Source: Eledone cirrhosa (lineage: Eukaryota). Taken from it: 64,000 bases of DNA. Positions 1 through 12,100 of the stretch are shown here, piece by piece. The stretch covers positions 49,312-113,311 of the forward strand of contig CAXHJY010000598.1 of assembly GCA_964016885.1 (NCBI GenBank). The letters run 5' to 3'. The translations under genes were made by a program, and so were the position numbers. The notes under the pieces were generated by a model that saw only the letters and a list, made by a program, of their open reading frames with translations, was not told the DNA's origin and did not search any database. Position 1 is the first letter of the stretch; each line of letters opens with the position of its first letter.

Positions 1-69
1 TCAGCAAGATATCTCCGTAAAATCAATAGTTGTGGCTGTGGAACCAAACCGTGTTAAACGTCAACAAAG

Positions 70-130
70 TCCGCCGGCGAATGGTGTGCTTCGAAGAAAA
101 CGAATCCAAAAATGACGATTTGCCGGCGGA
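70..130. repeat. Intra-monomer inverted repeat (13-bp arms, 35-nt spacer), present in every copy
   Basis: TCCGCCGGCGAAT (m70-82) pairs with ATTTGCCGGCGGA (m118-130): 12 Watson-Crick pairs plus one G79-T121 wobble. Confidence 0.9.
89..105 (+). other. CENP-B-box-like 17-mer in each monomer (degenerate, function unproven)
   Basis: CTTCGAAGAAAACGAAT vs human CTTCGTTGGAAACGGGA: 11/17 identical and 7/9 core positions of nTTCGnnnnAnnCGGGn (TTCG, A and CG present; the final GG is absent). Confidence 0.3.
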
Positions 131-142
131 GTTACCTTTTCA

Positions 143-196
143 ATCGCGGGCCGGCCGCCCGTGGTCGGATCGATCTGTAATTACTGGTACATGTGC
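143..196. repeat. Cluster of abutting short dyad symmetries in each monomer
   Basis: Hairpin ATCGCGGGC-cggcc-GCCCGTGGT (m143-165), containing GGCCGGCC (m149-156), followed by GATCGATC (m168-175), GTAATTAC (m177-184) and ACATGT (m189-194). Confidence 0.85.
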
Positions 197-3100
197 GGAC
201 ACTCATTGGCTATGTGCGGCGTGAATTTCAGCAAGATATCTCCGTAAAATCAATAGTTGTGGCTGTGGAACCAAACCGTGTTAAACGTCAACAAAGTCCG
301 CCGGCGAATGGTGTGCTTCGAAGAAAACGAATCCAAAAATGACGATTTGCCGGCGGAGTTACCTTTTCAATCGCGGGCCGGCCGCCCGTGGTCAGATCGA
401 TCTGTAATTACTGGTACATGTGCAGACACTCATTGGCTATGTGTGGCGTGAATTTCAGCAAGATATCTCCGTAAATTCAATAGTTGTGGCTGTGGAACCA
501 AACCGTGTTAAACGTCAACAAAGTCCGCCGGCGAATGGTGTGCTTCGAAGAAAACGAATCCAAAAATGACGATTTGCCGGCGGAGTTACCTTTTTAATCG
601 CGGGCCGGCCGCCCGTGGTCGGATCGATCTGTAATTACTGGTACATGTGCAGACACTCATTGGCTATGTGTGGCGTGAATTTCAGCAAGATATCTCCGTA
701 AAATCAATAGTTGTGGCTGTGGAACCAAACCGTGTTAAACGTCAACAATGTCCGCCGGCGAATGGTGTGCTTCGAAGAAAACGAATCCAAAAATGACGAT
801 TTGCCGGCGGAGTTACATTTTCAATCGCGGGCCGGCCGCCCGTGGTCGGATCGATCTGTAATTACTGGTACATGTGCAGACACTCATTGGCTATGTGCGG
901 CGTGAATTTCAGCAAGATATCTCCGTAAAATCAATAGTTGTGGCTGTGGAACCAAACCGTGTTAAACGTCAACAAAGTCCGCCGGCGAATGGTGTGCTTC
1001 GAAGAAAACGAATCCAAAAATGACGATTTGCCGGCGGAGTTACCTTTTCAATCGCGGGCCGGCCGCCCGTGGTCGGATCGATCTGTAATTACTGGTACAT
1101 GTGCAGACACTCATTGGCTATGTGCGGCGTGAATTTCAGCAAGATATCTCCGTAAAATCAATAGTTGTGGCTGTGGAACCAAACCGTGTTAAACGTCAAC
1201 AAAGTCCGCCGGCGAATGGTGTGCTTCGAAGAAAACGAATCCAAAAATGACGATTTGCCGGCGGAGTTACCTTTTCAATCGCGGGCCGGCCGCCCGTGGT
1301 CGGATCGATCTGTAATTACTGGTACATGTGCAGACACTCATTGGCTATGTGCGGCGTGAATTTCAGCAAGATATCTCCGTAAAGTCAATAGTTGTGGCTG
1401 TGGAACCAAACCGTGTTAAACGTCAACAAAGTCCGCCGGCGAATGGTGTGCTTCGAAGAAAACGAATCCAAAAATGACGATTTGCCGGCGGAGTTACCTT
1501 TTCAATCGCGGGCCGGCCGCCCGTGGTCGGATCGATCTGTAATTACTGGTACATGTGCAGACACTCATTGGCTATGTGCGGCGTGAATTTCAGCAAGATA
1601 TCTCCGTAAAATCAATAGTTGTGGCTGTGGAACCAAACCGTGTTAAACGTCAACAAAGTCCGCCGGCGAATGGTGTGCTTCGAAGAAAACGAATCCAAAA
1701 ATGACGATTTGCCGGCGGAGTTACCTTTTCAATCGCGGGCCGGCCGCCCGTGGTCGGATCGATCTGTAATTACTGGTACATGTGCAGACACTCATTGGCT
1801 ATGTGTGGCGTGAATTTCAGCAAGATATCTCCGTAAATTCAATAGTTGTGGCTGTGGAACCAAACCGTGTTAAACGTCAACAAAGTCCGCCGGCGAATGG
1901 TGTGCTTCGAAGAAAACGAATCCAAAAATGACGATTTGCCGGCGGAGTTACCTTTTTAATCGCGGGCCGGCCGCCCGTGGTCGGATCGATCTGTAATTAC
2001 TGGTACATGTGCAGACACTCATTGGCTATGTGTGGCGTGAATTTCAGCAAGATATCTCCGTAAAATCAATAGTTGTGGCTGTGGAACCAAACCGTGTTAA
2101 ACGTCAACAATGTCCGCCGGCGAATGGTGTGCTTCGAAGAAAACGAATCCAAAAATGACGATTTGCCGGCGGAGTTACCTTTTCAATCGCGGGCCGGCCG
2201 CCCGTGGTCGGATCGATCTGTAATTACTGGTACATGTGCAGACACTCATTGGCTATGTGCGGCGTGAATTTCAGCAAGATATCTCCGTAAAATCAATAGT
2301 TGTGGCTGTGGAACCAAACCGTGTTAAACGTCAACAAAGTCCGCCGGCGAATGGTGTGCTTCGAAGAAAACGAATCCAAAAATGACGATTTGCCGGCGGA
2401 GTTACCTTTTCAATCGCGGGCCGGCCGCCCGTGGTCGGATCGATCTGTAATTACTGGTACATGTGCAGACACTCATTGGCTATGTGTGGCGTGAATTTCA
2501 GCAAGATATCTCCGTAAAATCAATAGTTGTGGCTGTGGAACCAAACCGTGTTAAACGTCAACAAAGTCCGCCGGCGAATGGTGTGCTTCGAAGAAAACGA
2601 ATCCAAAAATGACGATTTGCCGGCGGAGTTACCTTTTCAATCGCGGGCCGGCCGCCCGTGGTCGGATCGATCTGTAATTACTGGTACATGTGCAGACACT
2701 CATTGGCTATGTGTGGCGTGAATTTCAGCAAGATATCTCCGTAAAATCAATAGTTGTGGCTGTGGAACCAAACCGTGTTAAACGTCAACAAAGTCCGCCG
2801 GCGAATGGTGTGCTTCGAAGAAAACGAATCCAAAAATGACGATTTGCCGGCGGAGTTACCTTTTCAATCGCGGGCCGGCCGCCCGTGGTCGGATAGATCT
2901 GTAATTACTGGTACATGTGCAGACACTCATTGGCTATGTGCGGCGTGAATTTCAGCAAGATATCTCCGTAAAATCAATAGTTGTGGCTGTGGAACCAAAC
3001 CGTGTTAAACGTCAACAAAGTCCGCCGGCGAATGGTGTGCTTCGAAGAAAACGAATCCAAAAATGACGATTTGCCGGCGGAGTTACCTTTTCAATCGCGG

Positions 3101-6100
3101 GCCGGCCGCCCGTGGTCAGATCGATCTGTAATTACTGGTACATGTGCAGACACTCATTGGCTATGTGCGGCGTGAATTTCAGCAAGATATCTCCGTAAAA
3201 TCAATAGTTGTGGCTGTGGAACCAAACCGTGTTAAACGTCAACAAAGTCCGCCGGCGAATGGTGTGCTTCGAAGAAAACGAATCCAAAAATGACGATTTG
3301 CCGGCGGAGTTACCTTTTTAATCGCGGGCCGGCCGCCCGTGGTCGGATCGATCTGTAATTACTGGTACATGTGCAGACACTCATTGGCTATGTGTGGCGT
3401 GAATTTCAGCAAGATATCTCCGTAAAATCAATAGTTGTGGCTGTGGAACCAAACCGTGTTAAACGTCAACAAAGTCCGCCGGCGAATGGTGTGCTTCGAA
3501 GAAAACGAATCCAAAAATGACGATTTGCCGGCGGAGTTACCTTTTCAATCGCGGGCCGGCCGCCCGTGGTCGGATCGATCTGTAATTACTGGTACATGTG
3601 CAGACACTCATTGGCTATGTGCGGCGTGAATTTCAGCAAGATATCTCCGTAAAATCAATAGTTGTGGCTGTGGAACCAAACCGTGTTAAACGTCAACAAA
3701 GTCCGCCGGCGAATGGTGTGCTTCGAAGAAAACGAATCCAAAAATGACGATTTGCCGGCGGAGTTACCTTTTCAATCGCGGGCCGGCCGCCCGTGGTCGG
3801 ATCGATCTGTAATTACTGGTACATGTGCAGACACTCATTGGCTATGTGTGGCGTGAATTTCAGCAAGATATCTCCGTGAATTCAATAGTTGTGGCTGTGG
3901 AACCAAACCGTGTTAAACGTCAACAAAGTCCGCCGGCGAATGGTGTGCTTCGAAGAAAACGAATCCAAAAATGACGATTTGCCGGCGGAGTTACCTTTTC
4001 AATCGCGGACCGGCCGCCCGTGGTCGGATCGATCTGTAATTACTGGTACATGTGCAGACACTCATTGGCTATGTGCGGCGTGAATTTCAGCAAGATATCT
4101 CCGTAAAATCAATAGTTGTGGCTGTGGAACCAAACCGTGTTAAACGTCAACAAAGTCCGCCGGCGAATGGTGTGCTTCGAAGAAAACGAATCCAAAAATG
4201 ACGATTTGCCGGCGGAGTTACCTTTTCAATCGCGGGCCGGCCGCCCGTGGTCAGATCGATCTGTAATTACTGGTACATGTGCAGACACTCATTGGCTATG
4301 TGCGGCGTGAATTTCAGCAAGATATCTCCGTAAAATCAATAGTTGTGGCTGTGGAACCAAACCGTGTTAAACGTCAACAAAGTCCGCCGGCGAATGGTGT
4401 GCTTCGAAGAAAACGAATCCAAAAATGACGATTTGCCGGCGGAGTTACCTTTTCAATCGCGGGCCGGCCGCCCGTGGTCGGATCGATCTGTAATTACTGG
4501 TACATGTGCAGACACTCATTGGCTATGTGTGGCGTGAATTTCAGCAAGATATCTCCGTAAATTCAATAGTTGTGGCTGTGGAACCAAACCGTGTTAAACG
4601 TCAACAAAGTCCGCCGGCGAATGGTGTGCTTCGAAGAAAACGAATCCAAAAATGACGATTTGCCGGCGGAGTTACCTTTTTAATCGCGGGCCGGCCGCCC
4701 GTGGTCGGATCGATCTGTAATTACTGGTACATGTGCAGACACTCATTGGCTATGTGTGGCGTGAATTTCAGCAAGATATCTCCGTAAAATCAATAGTTGT
4801 GGCTGTGGAACCAAACCGTGTTAAACGTCAACAAAGTCCGCCGGCGAATGGTGTGCTTCGAAGAAAACGAATCCAAAAATGACGATTTGCCGGCGGAGTT
4901 ACCTTTTCAATCGCGGGCCGGCCGCCCGTGGTCGGATCGATCTGTAATTACTGGTACATGTGCAGACACTCATTGGCTATGTGTGGCGTGAATTTCAGCA
5001 AGATATCTCCGTAAAATCAATAGTTGTGGCTGTGGAACCAAACCGTGTTAAACGTCAACAAAGTCCGCCGGCGAATGGTGTGCTTCGAAGAAAACGAATC
5101 CAAAAATGACGATTTGCCGGCGGAGTTACCTTTTCAATCGCGGGCCGGCCGCCCGTGGTCAGATCGATCTGTAATTACTGGTACATGTGCAGACACTCAT
5201 TGGCTATGTGCGGCGTGAATTTCAGCAAGATATCTCCGTAAAATCAATAGTTGTGGCTGTGGAACCAAACCGTGTTAAACGTCAACAAAGTCCGCCGGCG
5301 AATGGTGTGCTTCGAAGAAAACGAATCCAAAAATGACGATTTGCCGGCGGAGTTACCTTTTTAATCGCGGGCCGGCCGCCCGTGGTCGGATCGATCTGTA
5401 ATTACTGGTACATGTGCAGACACTCATTGGCTATGTGTGGCGTGAATTTCAGCAAGATATCTCCGTAAAATCAATAGTTGTGGCTGTGGAACCAAACCGT
5501 GTTAAACGTCAACAAAGTCCGCCGGCGAATGGTGTGCTTCGAAGAAAACGAATCCAAAAATGACGATTTGCCGGCGGAGTTACCTTTTCAATCGCGGGCC
5601 GGCCGCCCGTGGTCGGATCGATCTGTAATTACTGGTACATGTGCAGACACTCATTGGCTATGTGCGGCGTGAATTTCAGCAAGATATCTCCGTAAAATCA
5701 ATAGTTGTGGCTGTGGAACCAAACCGTGTTAAACGTCAACAAAGTCCGCCGGCGAATGGTGTGCTTCGAAGAAAACGAATCCAAAAATGACGATTTGCCG
5801 GCGGAGTTACCTTTTCAATCGCGGGCCGGCCGCCCGTGGTCGGATCGATCTGTAATTACTGGTACATGTGCAGACACTCATTGGCTATGTGTGGCGTGAA
5901 TTTCAGCAAGATATCTCCGTGAATTCAATAGTTGTGGCTGTGGAACCAAACCGTGTTAAACGTCAACAAAGTCCGCCGGCGAATGGTGTGCTTCGAAGAA
6001 AACGAATCCAAAAATGACGATTTGCCGGCGGAGTTACCTTTTCAATCGCGGGCCGGCCGCCCGTGGTCGGATCGATCTGTAATTACTGGTACATGTGCAG

Positions 6101-9100
6101 ACACTCATTGGCTATGTGTGGCGTGAATTTCAGCAAGATATCTCCGTAAATTCAATAGTTGTGGCTGTGGAACCAAACCGTGTTAAACGTCAACAAAGTC
6201 CGCCGGCGAATGGTGTGCTTCGAAGAAAACGAATCCAAAAATGACGATTTGCCGGCGGAGTTACCTTTTTAATCGCGGGCCGGCCGCCCGTGGTCGGATC
6301 GATCTGTAATTACTGGTACATGTGCAGACACTCATTGGCTATGTGTGGCGTGAATTTCAGCAAGATATCTCCGTAAAATCAATAGTTGTGGCTGTGGAAC
6401 CAAACCGTGTTAAACGTCAACAAAGTCCGCCGGCGAATGGTGTGCTTCGAAGAAAACGAATCCAAAAATGACGATTTGCCGGCGGAGTTACCTTTTCAAT
6501 CGCGGGCCGGCCGCCCGTGGTCGGATCGATCTGTAATTACTGGTACATGTGCAGACACTCATTGGCTATGTGTGGCGTGAATTTCAGCAAGATATCTCCG
6601 TAAAATCAATAGTTGTGGCTGTGGAACCAAACCGTGTTAAACGTCAACAAAGTCCGCCGGCGAATGGTGTGCTTCGAAGAAAACGAATCCAAAAATGACG
6701 ATTTGCCGGCGGAGTTACCTTTTCAATCGCGGGCCGGCCGCCCGTGGTCGGATAGATCTGTAATTACTGGTACATGTGCAGACACTCATTGGCTATGTGC
6801 GGCGTGAATTTCAGCAAGATATCTCCGTAAAATCAATAGTTGTGGCTGTGGAACCAAACCGTGTTAAACGTCAACAAAGTCCGCCGGCGAATGGTGTGCT
6901 TCGAAGAAAACGAATCCAAAAATGACGATTTGCCGGCGGAGTTACCTTTTCAATCGCGGGCCGGCCGCCCGTGGTCGGATCGATCTGTAATTACTGGTAC
7001 ATGTGCAGACACTCATTGGCTATGTGTGGCGTGAATTTCAGCAAGATATCTCCGTAAATTCAATAGTTGTGGCTGTGGAACCAAACCGTGTTAAACGTCA
7101 ACAAAGTCCGCCGGCGAATGGTGTGCTTCGAAGAAAACGAATCCAAAAATGACGATTTGCCGGCGGAGTTACCTTTTTAATCGCGGGCCGGCCGCCCGTG
7201 GTCGGATCGATCTGTAATTACTGGTACATGTGCAGACACTCATTGGCTATGTGTGGCGTGAATTTCAGCAAGATATCTCCGTAAAATCAATAGTTGTGGC
7301 TGTGGAACCAAACCGTGTTAAACGTCAACAAAGTCCGCCGGCGAATGGTGTGCTTCGAAGAAAACGAATCCAAAAATGACGATTTGCCGGCGGAGTTACC
7401 TTTTCAATCGCGGGCCGGCCGCCCGTGGTCGGATCGATCTGTAATTACTGGTACATGTGCAGACACTCATTGGCTATGTGCGGCGTGAATTTCAGCAAGA
7501 TATCTCCGTAAAATCAATAGTTGTGGCTGTGGAACCAAACCGTGTTAAACGTCAACAAAGTCCGCCGGCGAATGGTGTGCTTCGAAGAAAACGAATCCAA
7601 AAATGACGATTTGCCGGCGGAGTTACCTTTTCAATCGCGGGCCGGCCGCCCGTGTTCGGATCGATCTGTAATTACTGGTACATGTGCAGACACTCATTGG
7701 CTATGTGTGGCGTGAATTTCAGCAAGATATCTCCGTGAATTCAATAGTTGTGGCTGTGGAACCAAACCGTGTTAAACGTCAACAAAGTCCGCCGGCGAAT
7801 GGTGTGCTTCGAAGAAAACGAATCCAAAAATGACGATTTGCCGGCGGAGTTACCTTTTCAATCGCGGACCGGCCGCCCGTGGTCGGATCGATCTGTAATT
7901 ACTGGTACATGTGCAGACACTCATTGGCTATGTGCGGCGTGAATTTCAGCAAGATATCTCCGTAAAATCAATAGTTGTGGCTGTGGAACCAAACCGTGTT
8001 AAACGTCAACAAAGTCCGCCGGCGAATGGTGTGCTTCGAAGAAAACGAATCCAAAAATGACGATTTGCCGGCGGAGTTACCTTTTCAATCGCGGGCCGGC
8101 CGCCCGTGGTCGGATCGATCTGTAATTACTGGTACATGTGCAGACACTCATTGGCTATGTGTGGCGTGAATTTCAGCAAGATATCTCCGTAAAATCAATA
8201 GTTGTGGCTGTGGAACCAAACCGTGTTAAACGTCAACAAAGTCCGCCGGCGAATGGTGTGCTTCGAAGAAAACGAATCCAAAAATGACGATTTGCCGGCG
8301 GAGTTACCTTTTCAATCGCGGGCCGGCCGCCCGTGGTCGGATCGATCTGTAATTACTGGTACATGTGCAGACACTCATTGGCTATGTGTGGCGTGAATTT
8401 CAGCAAGATATCTCCGTAAAATCAATAGTTGTGGCTGTGGAACCAAACCGTGTTAAACGTCAACAAAGTCCGCCGGCGAATGGTGTGCTTCGAAGAAAAC
8501 GAATCCAAAAATGACGATTTGCCGGCGGAGTTACCTTTTCAATCGCGGGCCGGCCGCCCGTGGTCGGATAGATCTGTAATTACTGGTACATGTGCAGACA
8601 CTCATTGGCTATGTGCGGCGTGAATTTCAGCAAGATATCTCCGTAAAATCAATAGTTGTGGCTGTGGAACCAAACCGTGTTAAACGTCAACAAAGTCCGC
8701 CGGCGAATGGTGTGCTTCGAAGAAAACGAATCCAAAAATGACGATTTGCCGGCGGAGTTACCTTTTCAATCGCGGGCCGGCCGCCCGTGGTCGGATCGAT
8801 CTGTAATTACTGGTACATGTGCGGACACTCATTGGCTATGTGCGGCGTGAATTTCAGCAAGATATCTCCGTAAAATCAATAGTTGTGGCTGTGGAACCAA
8901 ACCGTGTTAAACGTCAACAAAGTCCGCCGGCGAATGGTGTGCTTCGAAGAAAACGAATCCAAAAATGACGATTTGCCGGCGGAGTTACCTTTTCAATCGC
9001 GGGCCGGCCGCCCGTGGTCAGATCGATCTGTAATTGCTGGTACATGTGCAGACACTCATTGGCTATGTGTGGCGTGAATTTCAGCAAGATATCTCCGTAA

Positions 9101-12100
9101 ATTCAATAGTTGTGGCTGTGGAACCAAACCGTGTTAAACGTCAACAAAGTCCGCCGGCGAATGGTGTGCTTCGAAGAAAACGAATCCAAAAATGACGATT
9201 TGCCGGCGGAGTTACCTTTTCAATCGCGGGCCGGCCGCCCGTGGTCAGATCGATCTGTAATTACTGGTACATGTGCAGACACTCATTGGCTATGTGCGGC
9301 GTGAATTTCAGCAAGATATCTCCGTAAAATCAATAGTTGTGGCTGTGGAACCAAACCGTGTTAAACGTCAACAAAGTCCGCCGGCGAATGGTGTGCTTCG
9401 AAGAAAACGAATCCAAAAATGACGATTTGCCGGCGGAGTTACCTTTTTAATCGCGGGCCGGCCGCCCGTGGTCGGATCGATCTGTAATTACTGGTACATG
9501 TGCAGACACTCATTGGCTATGTGTGGCGTGAATTTCAGCAAGATATCTCCGTAAAATCAATAGTTGTGGCTGTGGAACCAAACCGTGTTAAACGTCAACA
9601 AAGTCCGCCGGCGAATGGTGTGCTTCGAAGAAAACGAATCCAAAAATGACGATTTGCCGGCGGAGTTACCTTTTCAATCGCGGGCCGGCCGCCCGTGGTC
9701 GGATCGATCTGTAATTACTGGTACATGTGCAGACACTCATTGGCTATGTGCGGCGTGAATTTCAGCAAGATATCTCCGTAAAATCAATAGTTGTGGCTGT
9801 GGAACCAAACCGTGTTAAACGTCAACAAAGTCCGCCGGCGAATGGTGTGCTTCGAAGAAAACGAATCCAAAAATGACGATTTGCCGGCGGAGTTACCTTT
9901 TCAATCGCGGGCCGGCCGCCCGTGGTCGGATCGATCTGTAATTACTGGTACATGTGCAGACACTCATTGGCTATGTGTGGCGTGAATTTCAGCAAGATAT
10001 CTCCGTGAATTCAATAGTTGTGGCTGTGGAACCAAACCGTGTTAAACGTCAACAAAGTCCGCCGGCGAATGGTGTGCTTCGAAGAAAACGAATCCAAAAA
10101 TGACGATTTGCCGGCGGAGTTACCTTTTCAATCGCGGGCCGGCCGCCCGTGGTCAGATCGATCTGTAATTACTGGTACATGTGCAGACACTCATTGGCTA
10201 TGTGCGGCGTGAATTTCAGCAAGATATCTCCGTAAAATCAATAGTTGTGGCTGTGGAACCAAACCGTGTTAAACGTCAACAAAGTCCGCCGGCGAATGGT
10301 GTGCTTCGAAGAAAACGAATCCAAAAATGACGATTTGCCGGCGGAGTTACCTTTTCAATCGCGGGCCGGCCGCCCGTGGTCGGATCGATCTGTAATTACT
10401 GGTACATGTGCAGACACTCATTGGCTATGTGTGGCGTGAATTTCAGCAAGATATCTCCGTAAATTCAATAGTTGTGGCTGTGGAACCAAACCGTGTTAAA
10501 CGTCAACAAAGTCCGCCGGCGAATGGTGTGCTTCGAAGAAAACGAATCCAAAAATGACGATTTGCCGGCGGAGTTACCTTTTTAATCGCGGGCCGGCCGC
10601 CCGTGGTCGGATCGATCTGTAATTACTGGTACATGTGCAGACACTCATTGGCTATGTGTGGCGTGAATTTCAGCAAGATATCTCCGTAAAATCAATAGTT
10701 GTGGCTGTGGAACCAAACCGTGTTAAACGTCAACAAAGTCCGCCGGCGAATGGTGTGCTTCGAAGAAAACGAATCCAAAAATGACGATTTGCCGGCGGAG
10801 TTACCTTTTCAATCGCGGGCCGGCCGCCCGTGGTCGGATCGATCTGTAATTACTGGTACATGTGCAGACACTCATTGGCTATGTGCGGCGTGAATTTCAG
10901 CAAGATATCTCCGTAAAATCAATAGTTGTGGCTGTGGAACCAAACCGTGTTAAACGTCAACAAAGTCCGCCGGCGAATGGTGTGCTTCGAAGAAAACGAA
11001 TCCAAAAATGACGATTTGCCGGCGGAGTTACCTTTTCAATCGCGGGCCGGCCGCCCGTGGTCGGATCGATCTGTAATTACTGGTACATGTGCAGACACTC
11101 ATTGGCTATGTGTGGCGTGAATTTCAGCAAGATATCTCCGTAAAATCAATAGTTGTGGCTGTGGAACCAAACCGTGTTAAACGTCAACAAAGTCCGCCGG
11201 CGAATGGTGTGCTTCGAAGAAAACGAATCCAAAAATGACGATTTGCCGGCGGAGTTACCTTTTCAATCGCGGGCCGGCCGCCCGTGGTCGGATAGATCTG
11301 TAATTACTGGTACATGTGCAGACACTCATTGGCTATGTGCGGCGTGAATTTCAGCAAGATATCTCCGTAAAATCAATAGTTGTGGCTGTGGAACCAAACC
11401 GTGTTAAACGTCAACAAAGTCCGCCGGCGAATGGTGTGCTTCGAAGAAAACGAATCCAAAAATGACGATTTGCCGGCGGAGTTACCTTTTCAATCGCGGG
11501 CCGGCCGCCCGTGGTCAGATCGATCTGTAATTACTGGTACATGTGCAGACACTCATTGGCTATGTGCGGCGTGAATTTCAGCAAGATATCTCCGTAAAAT
11601 CAATAGTTGTGGCTGTGGAACCAAACCGTGTTAAACGTCAACAAAGTCCGCCGGCGAATGGTGTGCTTCGAAGAAAACGAATCCAAAAATGACGATTTGC
11701 CGGCGGAGTTACCTTTTCAATCGCGGGCCGGCCGCCCGTGGTCGGATCGATCTGTAATTACTGGTACATGTGCAGACACTCATTGGCTATGTGTGGCGTG
11801 AATTTCAGCAAGATATCTCCGTAAATTCAATAGTTGTGGCTGTGGAACCAAACCGTGTTAAACGTCAACAAAGTCCGCCGGCGAATGGTGTGCTTCGAAG
11901 AAAACGAATCCAAAAATGACGATTTGCCGGCGGAGTTACCTTTTTAATCGCGGGCCGGCCGCCCGTGGTCGGATCGATCTGTAATTACTGGTACATGTGC
12001 AGACACTCATTGGCTATGTGTGGCGTGAATTTCAGCAAGATATCTCCGTAAAATCAATAGTTGTGGCTGTGGAACCAAACCGTGTTAAACGTCAACAAAG

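Noticed and set aside
143-188. Helitron 3' end (GC hairpin then CTGG-T) or MITE origin of the monomer
   Set aside because: The hairpin-to-CTRR distance (about 18 nt or more) is longer than typical and the motif is too short. No element boundaries or target-site duplications are visible, so it cannot be supported without a Dfam search.
1-227. 5S rRNA, tRNA, U snRNA or SINE tandem genes
   Set aside because: No recognisable 5S or snRNA sequence and no cloverleaf. The A-box-like TGGCTATGTG and B-box-like CTTCGAAG are poor matches to the Pol III consensus.
1-227. Satellite-encoded hammerhead ribozyme (as in newt satellite 2 or schistosome Sm-alpha)
   Set aside because: The required CUGANGA core is absent on both strands; the nearest are CTGTGGA on + and CTGAAAT on -.
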